From Eledone cirrhosa (taxonomy: Eukaryota), in contig OZ024744.1 in assembly GCA_964016885.1 (NCBI GenBank), positions 51,956,001 to 52,020,000 on the forward strand: a stretch of 64,000 nt of DNA. Reading direction: 5' to 3'. A program made the position numbers and the translations under genes. Shown here one piece after another: positions 30,001 to 42,813 of the stretch (position 1 is the first letter of the stretch; each line of letters opens with the position of its first letter). Under the pieces are notes generated by a model. That model saw nothing but the letters and a program-made list of their open reading frames with translations, had not been told where the DNA came from and did no database searches.

Positions 30001-33000
30001 ATGTTTGGGTTTAGATAATGAGATAGCCATGATCTGGTAGATGTTAGGGTTTAGATAATGATCTAGCCATGTCTGGTAGATGTTACCAGATTAGATAAAG
30101 AGATAGCCATGATCTGTTAGATGTTGTCAGTTTAGATAAAGGGATAGCCATGATCTGTTAGATGTTGTCAGTTTAGATAAAGGGATAGCCATGATCTGGT
30201 AGATGCTAGGGTTTAGACAAAGAGATAGCCATAATCTGGTGGACGTTAGGGTGTAGACACGAATCTAGCCATGATCTGGTAGACGTTAGGGTGCAGACAA
30301 AGAGATAGCCATGATCTGGTAGACGTTAGGGTGTAGACAAAGAGATAGCCATTATCTGGTAGATGTTAGGGTTTAGATAAAGAGATAGCCATGAGCTGGT
30401 AGATGTTAGGGTTTAGATAAAGAGATAGCCATGATCTGGTAGATGCTAGTGTTTAGATAAAGAGATAGCCATGATCTGGTAGATGCTAGTGTTTAGATAA
30501 AGAGATAGCCATGATCTGGTAGACGTTAGGGTGTAGATAAAGAGATAGCCATGTTCTGGTAGACGTTAGGGTGTAGACAAAGAGATAGCCATGATCTGGT
30601 GGACGTTAGGGTGTAGACAAAGAGATAGCCATGATCTGGTAGACGTTAGGGTGTAGAAAAAGAGATAGCCATGACCTGGTGGACGTTAGGGTCTAGATAA
30701 AGAGATAGCCATGATCTGGTAGACGTTAGGGTGTAGATAAAGAGATAGCCATCATCTGGTAGACGTTAGGGTGTAGATAAAGAGAGAGCCATTATCTGGT
30801 GGACGTTAGGGTGTAGACAAAGAGATAGCCATAATCTGGTGGACGTTAGGGTGTAGACAAAGAGGTGGTAAATTTTAGGGTTTAGATAAAGAGATAGCCA
30901 TGATCTGGTAGATGCTAGTGTTTAGATAAAGAGATATCCATGATCTGGTAGATGTTACTAGTCTAGATAAAGAGATAGCCATGATCTGGTAGAAGTTAGG
31001 GTTTAGATAAAGATGTAGCCATGTCTGGTAGATGTTGTGAGTTTAGATAAAGAGATAGCCATCATCTGGTAGATGTTGTAAGTTTAGATAAAGAGATAGC
31101 CATAATCTGGCAGATGTTGTCAGTTTAGATAAAGGGATAGCCATGATCTGGTAGATGCTAGGGTTTAGATAAAGAGATAACCATGATCTGGTAGATATTA
31201 GGGTTTAGACAAAGAAATAGCCATGATCTGGTAGATATTACCATTTTAGAATAAGAGTGGGCCATGATCTGGCAGATGATCGGGTTTAGATAAAGAGATA
31301 GCCATGATCTGGTAGATGTTAGGGTGTAGACAAAGAGATAGCCATGATCTGGTAGATGTTAGGGTTTAGATAAAGATGTAGCCATGTCTGGTAGATGTTG
31401 TGAGTTTAGATAAAGAGATAGCCATCATCTGGTAGATGTTGTCAGTTGAGATAAAGAGATAGCCATAATCTGGTAGATGTTACCAGCTTAGATAAAGGGA
31501 GAGCCGTGATCCGGTAGATGCTAGGGTTTAGATAATGAGATAGCCGTGATCTGGTAGATGTTAGGGTTTAGATAAAGAGACAGCCATGATCTGGTAGATG
31601 TTAGTGTTTAGACAAAGAGATAGCCATTTCTGGTAGATGTTGTCAGTTTTGACAAAGAGATAGCCATGATCTGGTAGAGGTTGTCAGTTTAGATAAAGAG
31701 ATAGCCATGATCCGGTAGATGTCGTCAGATTAGATAAAGAGATAGCATGATCTGGTAGATGTTTGGGTTTAGATAAAGAGATAGCCAGGATCTGGTAGAT
31801 GTTAGGCCTTAGATAAAGAGATAGCCATGATCTGGTAGATAATACAAGTTTAGATAAAGAGTGGACCATGATCGGGTAGGTGTACGGGTTTAGATAATGA
31901 GATAGCCATGATCTGGTAGATGTTAGGGTTTAGATAAAGATCTAGCCATGTCTGGTAGATGTTACCAGTTTAGATAAAGAGATAGCCATGATCTGTTAGA
32001 TGTTGTCAGTTTAGATAAAGGGATAGCCATGATCTGGTAGATGTTAGGGTTTAGATAAAAAGATAGCCATGATCTGGTAGACGTTAGCGTGTAGACAAAG
32101 AGATAGCCATGATCTGGTAGACGTTAGCGTGTAGACAAAGAGATAGCCATGATCCGGTAGATGCTAGGGTTTAGATAAAGAGATGGCCATGATCTGGTAG
32201 ATGTTATTAGTCTAGATAAAGAGATAGCCATGATCTGGCATATGTTAGGGTTTAGATAAAGATGTAGCCATGTCTGGTAGATGTTGTGAGTTTAGATAAA
32301 GAGATAGCCATCATCTGGTAGATGTTGTCAGTTTAGATAAAGAGATAGCCATAATCTGGTAGATGTTGTCAGTTTAGATAAAGGGCTAGCCATGATCTGG
32401 TAGATGCCAGGGTTTAGATAAAGAGATAACCATGATCTGGTAGATATTACCAGTTTAGAATAAGATTGGCCCATGATCTGGTAGATGATCGGGTTTAGAT
32501 AAATTGATAACCATGATCTTGTAGATATTAGGGTGTAGACAAAGAGATAGCCATGATCTGGGAGATGTTACATGTTCAGATATAGACAGAGCCATGATAG
32601 GTAGATGTTACGAGCTTAGATAAAGAGAAAGCAATGATCTGGTAGATGTTAGGGTTTAGATAAAGAGATAGCCGTGATCTGGTAGATGTTAGTGTTTAGA
32701 CAAAGAGATAGCCATGTCTGGTAGATGTTGTCAGTTTTGATAAAGAGATAGCAATGATCTGGTAGATGTTAGTGTTTAGATAAAGAGATAGCCATGATCT
32801 GGAAGATGTTTGGGTTTAGATAAAGAGATAACCATGATCTGGTAGATGTTAGGGATTAGATAAAAGGGTAGCCATGATCTGGTAGACGTTATGGTGGAGA
32901 CACAGAGATAACCATGATCTGGTAGATGTTACCTGTTTAGATATACGAGAGCCATGATCAGGTAGATGTTACCAGTTTAGATAAAGAGGGAGCCATGATC

Positions 33001-36000
33001 AGGTAGTTGCAAGGGTTTAGATAAAGAGATAGCCTTGATCTGGTAGATGTTACCGTTTTAGATAAAGAGGGAGCCATGATCTGGTAGATGTTAACAGTTT
33101 CGATAAAGAGATAGCCGTGATCTTGTAGATGTTAGGGTTTAGATAAAGAGATAACCATGATCTGGTAGATGTTAGGGTCTAGATAAAGATCTAGCCCTGA
33201 TCTGGTAGATGTTACCAGTTAAGATAAAGAGTGGGCCATGATCTGGTAGATGTTCGGGTTTAGATAAAGAGATAGCCATGATTTGGTAGATGTTAGGGTT
33301 TAGATAAAGAGATAGCCATGATCTGGTGGACATTAGGGTGTAGACAAAGAGATAGCCATGATGTGGTAGACGTTAGCCTGTAGACAAAGAGATAGCCATG
33401 ATCTGGTAGACGTTAGGGTGTAGACAAAGAGATAGCCATGATGTGGTAGACGTTAGCCTGTAGACAAAGAGATAGCCATGATCTGGTAGACGTTAGGGTG
33501 TAGACAAAGAGATAGCCATGATCTGGTAGATGTTACCTGTTTAGATATAGACAGAGCCATGATCAGCTAGATGTTACCAGATTAGATAAAGAGAGAGCCA
33601 TGATCCGGTAGATGCTAGGGTTTAGATAAAGAGATAGCCATGAGCTGGTAGATGTTAGAGTTTAGATAATGAGATAGCCATGATCTGGTAGATGTTAGGG
33701 TTTAGATATAGATCTAGCCATGTCTGGTAGATGTTACCAGTTTAGTTAAAGAGATAGCCATGATCTGTTAGATGTTGTCAGTTTAGATAAAGGGATAGCC
33801 ATGATCTGGTAGATTTTAGGGTGTAGACAAAGAGATAGCCATGATCTGCTAGACGTTAGGGTGTAGACAAAGAGAAAGCCATGATCTGGTAGACGTTAGG
33901 GTGTAGACAAAGAGATAGCCATGATCTGGTAGATGTTACCTGTTTAGATATAGACAGAACCAAGATCAGGTACATGTTAGGGTTTAGATAAAGAGATAGC
34001 CATGAGCTGGTAGATGTTAGGGTTTAGATAAAGATGTAGCCATGTCTGGTAGATGTTGTGAGTTTAGATAAAGAGATAGCCATCATCTGGTAGATGTTGT
34101 CAGTTAAGATAAAGAGATAGCCATAATCTGGTAGATGTTACCAGCTTAGATAAAGGGAGAGCCGTGATCCGGTAGATGCTAGGGTTTAGATAATGAGATA
34201 GCCGTGATCTGGTAGATGTTAGGGTTTAGATAAAGAGATAGCCATCATCTGGTAGATGTTGTCAGTTAAGATAAAGAGATAGCCATGATCTGGTAGAGGT
34301 TGTCAGTTTAGATAAAGAGATAGCCATGATCCGGTAGATGTCGTCAGATTAGATAAAGAGATAGCATGATCTGGTAGATGTTTGGGTTTAGATAAAGAGA
34401 TAGCCAGGATCTGGTAGATGTTAGGCCTTAGAAAAAGAGATAGCCATGATCTGGTAGATAATACAAGTTTAGATAAAGAGTGGACCATGATCGGGTAGGT
34501 GTACGGGTTTAGATAATGAGATAGCCATGATCTGGTAGATGTTAGGGTTTAGATAAAGATCTAGCCATGTCTGGTAGATGTTACCAGTTTAGATAAAGAG
34601 ATAGCCATGATCTGTTAGATGTTGTCAGTTTAGATAAAGGGATAGCCATGATCTGGTAGATGTTAGGGTTTAGATAAAAAGATAGCCATGATCTGGTAGA
34701 CGTTAGCGTGTAGACAAAGAGATAGCCATGATCTGGTAGACGTTAGCGTGTAGACAAAGAGATAGCCATGATCCGGTAGATGCTAGGGTTTAGATAAAGA
34801 GATGGCCATGATCTGGTAGATGTTATTAGTCTAGATAAAGAGATAGCCATGATCTGGCAGATGTTAGGGTTTAGATAAAGATGTAGCCATGTCTGGTAGA
34901 TGTTGTGAGTTTAGATAAAGAGATAGCCATCATCTGGTAGATGTTGTCAGTTTAGATAAAGAGATAGCCATAATCTGGTAGATGTTGTCAGTTTATATAA
35001 AGGGCTAGCCATGATCTGGTAGATGCCAGGGTTTAGATAAAGAGATAACCATGATCTGGTAGATATTACCAGTTTAGAATAAGATTGGCCCATGATCTGG
35101 TAGATGATCGGGTTTAGATAAATTGATAGCCATGATCTTGTAGATATTAGGGTGTAGACAAAGAGATAGCCATGATCTGGGAGATGTTACATGTTCAGAT
35201 ATAGACAGAGCCATGATAGGTAGATGTTACGAGCTTAGATAAAGAGAAAGCAATGATCTGGTAGATGTTAGGGTTTAGATAAAGAGATAGCCATGATCTG
35301 GTAGATGTTAGTGTTTAGACAAAGAGATAGCCATGTCTGGTAGATGTTGTCAGTTTTGATAAAGAGATAGCAATGATCTGGTAGATGTTAGTGTTTAGAT
35401 AAAGAGATAGCCATGATCTGGTAGATGTTTGGGTTTAGATAAAGAGATAACCATGATCTGGTAGATGTTAGGGATTAGATAAAAGGGTAGCCATGATCTG
35501 GTAGACGTTATGGTGGAGACACAGAGATAACCATGATCTGGTAGATGTTACCTGTTTAGATATACGAGAGCCATGATCAGGTAGATGTTACCAGTTTAGA
35601 TAAAGAGGGAGCCATGATCAGGTAGTTGCAAGGGTTTAGATAAAGAGATAGCCTTGATCTGGTAGATGTTACCGTTTTAGATAAAGAGGGAGCCATGATC
35701 TGGTAGATGTTAACAGTTTCGATAAAGAGATAGCCGTGATCTGGTAGATGTTAGGGTTTAGATAAAGAGATAACCATGATCTGGTAGATGTTAGGGTCTA
35801 GATAAAGATCTAGCCCTGATATGGTAGATGTTACCAGTTAAGATAAAGAGTGGGCCATGATCTGGTAGATGTTCGGGTTTAGATAAAGAGATAGCCATGA
35901 TTTGGTAGATGTTAGGGTTTAGATAAAGAGATAGCCATGATCTGGTGGACGTTAGGGTGTAGACAAAGAGATAGCCATGATGTGGTAGACGTTAGCCTGT

Positions 36001-39000
36001 AGACAAAGAGATAGCCATGATCTGGTAGACGTTAGGGTGTAGACAAAGAGATAGCCATGATCTGGTAGATGTTACCTGTTTAGATATAGACAGAACCAAG
36101 ATCAGGTACATGTTAGGGTTTAGATAAAGAGATAGCCATGAGCTGGTAGATGTTAGGGTTTAGATAAAGAGATAGCCATGATCTGGTAGATGTTACCAAT
36201 TTAGATAAAGAGATAGCCATGATCTGGTAGATGCTAGTGTTTAAATAATGAGATAGCCATGATCTGGTAGATGTTACTAGTTTAGATAAAAAGATAGCCA
36301 TCATCTGGTAGATGTTAGGGTTTAGATAAAGATGTAGCCATGTCTGGTAGATGTTGCGAGTTTAGATAAAGAGATAGCCATGATCTGGTAGATGTTGTCA
36401 GTTCAGATAAAGAGATAGCCATAATCTGGTAGATGTTGTCAGTTCAGATAAAGGGATAGCCATGATCTGGTAGATATTAGGGTTTAGATAAAGAGATAAC
36501 CATGATCTGGTAGATATTAGGGTTTAGACAAAGAGATAGCCATGATCTGGTAGATATTACCAGTTTAGATAAAGTGTGGGCCATGATCTGGTATATGATC
36601 TTGTTTAGATAAAGAGATAGCCATGATCTGGTTGATGTTAGGGTGTAGACAAAGAGATTGCCATGATCTGGTAGATGTTACCTGTTTAGATATAGACAGA
36701 GCCATGATCAGGTAGATGTTACCAGATTAGATAAAGAGATAGCCATGAGCTGGCAGATGTTAGGGTTTAGATAAAGAGATAGCCATGATCTGGTAGATGT
36801 TAGTGTTTAGACAAAGAGATAGCCATGTCTCGTAGATGTTGTCAGTTTTGATAAAGAGATAGCCATGATCTGGTAGATGTTAGTGTTTAGATAAAGAGAT
36901 AGCCATGATCTGGTAGATGTTTGGGTTTAGATAAAGAGATAACCATGATCTGGTAGATGTTAGGGTGGAGACACAGAGATAACCATGATCTGGTAGATGT
37001 TACCTGTTTAGATATAGGAGAGCCATGATCAGGTAGATGTTACCATTTTATATAAAGAGGGAGCCATGATCTGGTAGATGCCAGTGTTTAAATAAAGAGA
37101 TAGCAATAATCTGGTAGATGTTACTAGTTTAGATAAAGAGATAGCCATGATCTGGTAGATGTTAGGGTTTAGATAAAGATCTAGCCATGTCTGGTAGATG
37201 TTGTGAGTTTAGATAAAGAGATAGCCATGATCTGGTAGATGTTGTCAGTTTAGATAAAGAGATAGCCATGATCTGGTAGATGTTGTCAGTTTAGATAAAG
37301 AGATAACCATGATCTGGTAGATATTAGGGTTTAGATAAAGATCTAGCCATGTCTGGTAGATGTTGTGAGTTTAGATAAAGAGATAGCCATGATACGGTAG
37401 ATGTTGTCAGTTTAGATAAAGGGATAGCCATGTTCTGGTAGATGTTGTCAGTTTAGATAAAGAGAGAGCCATGATCTGGTAGATATTAGGGTTTAGACAA
37501 AGAGATAGCCATGATCTGGTAGATGCTAGGGTTTAGATAAAGAGATATCCATGATCTGGTAGATGCTAGGGTTTAGATAAAGAGATAGCCATGATCTGTT
37601 AGATATTAGGGTTTAGACAAAGAGATAGCCATGATCTGGTAGATGCTAGGGTTTAGATAAAGAGATATCCATGATCTGGTAGATGCTAGGGTTTAGATAA
37701 AGAGATAGCCATGATCTGGTAGATATTAGGGTTTAGACAAAGAGATAGCCATGATCTGGTAGATGCTAGGGTTTAGATAAAGAGATATCCATGATCTGGT
37801 AGATGCTAGGGTTTAGATAAAGAGATAGCCATGATCTGGTAGATATTAGGGTTTAGACAAAGAGATAGCCATGATCTGGTAGATATTACCAAGTTAGATA
37901 GAGAGTGGGCTATGATCTGGAAGATGTTCGGGTTTAGATAAAGAGATAGCCATGATCTGGTAGATGTTACCTGTTTCGATATAGAGAGAGCCATGATCAT
38001 GTAGATGTTACCTGTTTAGATATAGACAGAGCCATGATCAGGTAGATGCTAGGGTTTAGATAAAGATATAGCCCTGATCTGGTAGATGTTACCAGTTTAG
38101 ATAAAGTGAGAGCCATGATCTGGTAGATGTTAACAGTTTAGATAAAGAGATAGCCGTGATCTGGTAGATGTTAGGGTTTAGATAAAGAGATAGCCATGAT
38201 CTGGTAGATATTAGGGTTTAGACAAAGCGATAGGCCTGATCTGGTAGATATTATCAGTTTAGATAAAGAGTGGGCCATGATCTGGTAGATGTTCGGGTTT
38301 AGATAAAGAGATAGCCATGATCTGGTAGATGTTAGGGTTTAGATAAAGAGATAGCCATGATCTGGTAGACGTTAGGGTGTAGACAAAGAGATAGCCATGA
38401 TCTGGTAGACGTTAGCCTGTAGACAAAGAGATAGCCATGATCTGGTAAACGTTAGGGTGTAGACAAAGAGATAGCCATAATCTGGTAGATGTTACCTGTT
38501 TAGATATAGGAAAGCCAATGATCAGGTAGATGTTACCAGTTTAGATAAAGAGATAGCCATGATCTGGTAGATGTTACCATTCTTGATAAAGAGAGGACCA
38601 TGATCTGGTAGATGCTAGTGTTTAGATAAAGAGATAGCCATGATCTGGTAGATGTTACTAGTGTAGATAAAGAGATAGCCATGATCTGGTAGATGTTGTG
38701 AGTTTAGATAAAGAGATAGCCATGATCTGGTAGATGTTGTCAGTTTAGATAAAGAGATAGCCATGATCTGGTAGATGTTGTCAGTTTAGATAAAGGGATA
38801 GCCATGATCTGGTAGATGCTAGGGTTTAGATAAAGAGATAACCATGATCTGGTCGATATTAGGGTTTAGACAAAGAGATAGCCATGATCTGGTAGATATT
38901 ACCAGTTTAGATAAAGAGTGGGCCATGATCTGGTAGATGATCGGTTTAGATAAAGAGATAGCCATGATCTGGTAGATGTTAGGGTATAGACAAAGATCTA

Positions 39001-39107
39001 GCCATGTCTGGTAGATGTTGTGAGTTTAGATAAAGAGATAGCCATGATCTGGTAGATCTTGTCAGTTTAGATAAAGAGATAGCCATGATCTGGTACATGT
39101 TAGGGTT
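1..39107. repeat. Tandem satellite DNA with a 40/41-bp monomer (consensus TTTAGATAAAGAGATAGCCATGATCTGGTAGATG plus variable TTAGGG / TTACCAG / TTAGTG / TTGTCAG / TTACCTG), about 960-970 copies, with higher-order repeats
   Basis: Continuous head-to-tail repeat seen directly. It ends at ...TGGTACATGTTAGGGTT (39107) and is open at the left window edge. Copy number is array length divided by about 40.4. Confidence 0.99.
8080..15600. repeat. Two near-identical tandem copies of a 3761-bp higher-order unit within the satellite
   Basis: ORF-track pairs 8389/12150, 8846/12607, 9095/12856, 9500/13261, 10059/13820 and 10423/14184 are all offset by 3761. The marker CCAATGATCAGG lies at 11821 and 15582. 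Confidence 0.95.
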
Positions 39108-39590
39108 GGAAGTGAGAAACGGATTGAGGGTATTTGGAGTTTCTGTGTGTTTATTAGAGAAACATTTAGGAAAAGAAATAAGTTGATGGAGAGTGTAATT
39201 AGATTGCCATAGGTTCTGGTTTCTTTTTGCATCAGGGGGAGTTGTGAGCATTGAAGTCACCGAAGACCATGATTGTGAGATAGATGTCTTCATTACAGGA
39301 AGATATTGTCCAATTGTTGTTTGTTCAAATTGTTCGGGTAGCAGTATCGAAAGTTGATATATTTGGAGGAGAGGGAGATGTTTTGAACGAGATTAAATGG
39401 AAGTATCTGATACTGATTGAGTGGTAAGAGTGTGGAATCTGTATGTAGGTACACGCTGTTTCATGTAGTCTGGGTAGCAGAGATGGGTTGTAACTAAGGT
39501 TTGGGATATTTGTCTCTCAGAGAAGAATAGGGTATGTTGTTTGTTTGTTAGTATGAGGTAAGGTTTAGGTTGGATTAGATTGAGAATTAA
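39099..39590 (-). mobile_element. Decayed APE endonuclease fragment of an L2/CR1-group LINE
   Basis: Minus-strand translations across frameshifts: HTLFFSERQISQ (like LFLSETQI), TIMVFGDFNAHN (GDFNAH motif, about 39241-39276), LHQLISFP and PNTLNPFLTSNPN (like NTLDLFLTSNP). Confidence 0.85.
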
Positions 39591-39609
39591 CAGTAAGTAA
39601 ATGATATAT

Positions 39610-39795
39610 ATGAAAAATTCCGTTATAACGAGTTCCATTATAACGAATTTTTCAGTTTAACGAATTGTTTTTCAATCCCCGAGGTAATAACAAACATACG
39701 CTCGATTTGTTTCGGTCGATCTCATTATAAAGAATTTTTCGTTACAACGAATTATTTTTATACCCCGCGAATTTCGTTGTAACGGAATTCCACTG
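39610..39795. mobile_element. Non-autonomous Tc1/mariner pogo/Tigger-like MITE, decayed
   Basis: Right end TTCGTTGTAACGGAATTCCACTG (reverse complement CAGTGGAATTCCGTTACAACGAA) matches left AATTCCGTTATAACGA at 15/16. Internal repeats of the TTATAACGA motif and a CAGT terminus are typical of Tigger. The left terminal bases are degenerate. Confidence 0.7.
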
Positions 39796-39904
39796 CAATT
39801 ATATTAGTCTCCTTGATCTCATCCATAGCTTAGCTAATCATGAATGCCTGTATATGTATGCATGTAAGTGTTTGTGTGTGGGCTGCGTATATATTTACGT
39901 TGAC

Positions 39905-40052
39905 GGAGGCATGGTTGGAGCGGTTAAAAAGTTTAATTCAAAATCACAAGGTCTCGAGTTTGATCCCCCTGCATGACATCTTGAGTAAATGTTTTTACCG
40001 TAGCTTCGACTCGGCGCAAGTCATAGAGTAAAATTGGTAGAATGGAAACTGT
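39905..40052 (+). mobile_element. Decayed tRNA-derived CORE-type SINE (octopus-like)
   Basis: A-box-like TGGTTGGAGCGG, B-box-like GAGTTTGATCCC, CORE-like ATCTTGAGTAAAT and tail TTGGTAGAATGGAAACTG resemble an abundant octopus SINE as recalled. No database match was run. Confidence 0.6.
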
Positions 40053-40495
40053 GTTACATCTACAGTGCCTTTAATTCAAACGTCCAGCATTTCACATATT
40101 GTGTCACACTGATTTTTGCCTGAAGGTTTAAACATGGCTGCTCCTCGTGGCAATGGAATGATTAACCATCTCATCTCTACACTTTAATAGAAAGTGAAAT
40201 GTACATGTCATTCAAATATCCAGCCTTGTCACACGCTGTGTCACACGGAATTTGCCGTAGGATTACTGTAGGGATACACGTGTCAATGAAATAATTCACC
40301 ATTTACCATGTAATATAGAATAGACAGTCCAATTGATCAAACAATTTAGAAAATGTAGTGTCGAAAACGACGGAAATACATTTATTATTTAATCTATCTA
40401 TTCACCCCCCTCTCTTTCCACCCTTTCTCTCAAATTTTCTCTCTCTCAATCCTTCTCTCACTCTGTCACTCTCTTTCTCTCCCCCACTCTATCTT

Positions 40496-40528
<33 letters not shown>

Positions 40529-40659
40529 CCATCCATCCCCCTATCCACCTATCCACCCAGCTATCTATCTATATTTTAAAACCCGTCTTTATAAGTTTGC
40601 ATTTACATTCTTAATAAATGAATCGAAAATTATGATATAATATAAAATAATGTAATATA

Positions 40660-41127
<468 letters not shown>

Positions 41128-41291
41128 CAGACACATATTCACACACACAAACCTACTTCACAATATTCATCTGAATTTCACTGCCTTTCCTCCCACTTCC
41201 TGTTTGAATCATTCCTGCTCTTTTTCCTTCGCTTTGTTCCTTATCACAGTAAGACCAATATTTTTTTATCTATCTATCTATCTTTCTATAT

Positions 41292-42720
41292 ATTTCAACT
41301 TTTGGGTTTAACCAACGCGAAACAAAAGTTGGAAGAAGCTAAACAATATGTGACTTTTGGACCCAATGGGTCATTTAGCATAAATTCTCCACAAGAACTA
41401 AGGAGAGAGAATGCCCTGAACACGGTGGTTTTCAGGACAATCTCAAATGCATAAACAAAACCCAGCTCAACTATCTCAGAGTGAGATTGAGCTGGTTTTA
41501 AGGAACCACATGGATAACATTTTATTCATTCAGAAAGCCAAACTTTTCGGCAGCATCTCGGTGCTAATGAAAGACAACATAACAGCACAAAAATATTCCA
41601 TCGCGCCCATTGTGTCCACCCATTTTACATTTTTCCCTACATACATGGGAAAAAGAACGCAAAAAATAAAAATTACATGCATAAGACCCAAAGTAGATAT
41701 TTGATGGATACTTTATGGCCTAATTGACTTTGAACAAAACATTTTGATCTCAGTAGGAAAATCCTCCAGAGATATATTTAATGGGACTAGCGTCGAAATT
41801 CTGGTGCAGATGAGCCCAGAATGTATAATGAAAATCCCACAAAGAGTACCTCTGGCTGGACAGACCTACATAAACATTTCGGTTGAGGGTAGGTGGCCCG
41901 CATGTTACCACTGCGCAAACAGAGGTCACCTAAGGGCTGCCTATCCTCAATTGACAAAAAGAAAACCACTTTTACCAACGCCACAAATAACAACACAACC
42001 ACCACCACCACCACGACAACAAGAAAAAAACAACAGAGAACACTATCCCACCCAACCCCTTCCCACCCAAAACAAATACAAAAACACACACAGACACTAC
42101 AGAACCCCAAAACATACCCCTACCCATCAATACGGATGAGGAACCCCTATCGACGGCACCCAGCGGCGATGAGGAGGAACCCTTCCAACCCGTGAAAAGG
42201 AAAAAAAGAAAGAACCGCATGAACAAAAACGAAACAAACATACAAACACCAGCACAAACAGCACAAAAATCACAAACAAAAGTTCCACCTCCCGAAAACA
42301 AAACACCCACAACAAAGAGAAAAGACATGCAGGTACCACAGACAAAAACAAACACAAGACAGGAAAAGTACACATACACTTACATAAACGAAGAAAATAG
42401 AACACTGATGGAGACCATCAGAAACAACCCTTTGGTCAAAACCGAATAGAAAACTTTGGATAGCTCCAACAAAAACAAAAAAATGAACCTAAAACTGATC
42501 AGGGTCCCTATAGGAACTTATAGATCCCTAAAAGAAACATTTGTAGAGGACGTAGGGAATTCCTGCGTGAAACCAATCAACCCCGTCCTTTACAAAGGCC
42601 TCCCCACCACAGACACCCCCACCCAAGTCATCTCCATCCCACCAGACACCTTCTCCCCACCAAACACCTCATCCCCACTCCGCCAGAAACCACCACCCCA
42701 CCAAACATACCCTCCAACAC
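41292..42720 (+). pseudogene. Tx1-type ORF1 (nucleic-acid-binding, CCHC knuckle), disrupted
   Basis: FFPTYMGKRTQKIKI...ISVEGRWPACYHCANRGHLRAAYP is a CX2CX4HX4C knuckle with the last Cys changed to Tyr. Frameshift near 41446, TGA at 41702-41704, and a low-complexity K/T/P-rich C-terminal half whose end is uncertain. Confidence 0.8.
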
Positions 42721-42813
42721 CCCCATGGAAATTGTGCAGCCTGGTCCCCAGGAGACGAAGAGCCCGATACCCGGGATGCAGAGAGGCAAGTGCCTTTTCT
42801 CTTCACCACCAAC

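Noticed and set aside
711-38000. Many minus-strand ORFs with a 27-aa LRR-like repeat (MALSLSKLVTSTRSWLSLYLNPNIYQI)
   Set aside because: These are a by-product of 40+41-bp alternation. Frames break wherever the monomer order changes, with no sign of selection for coding.
1-39107. CRISPR-like array (constant repeat with variable spacer)
   Set aside because: The variable part is only 6-7 bp and is reused from a small set. There are no unique spacers, leader or cas genes, and the context is eukaryotic.
1-39107. Telomere or interstitial telomeric array
   Set aside because: TTAGGG occurs singly within monomers and never in tandem.
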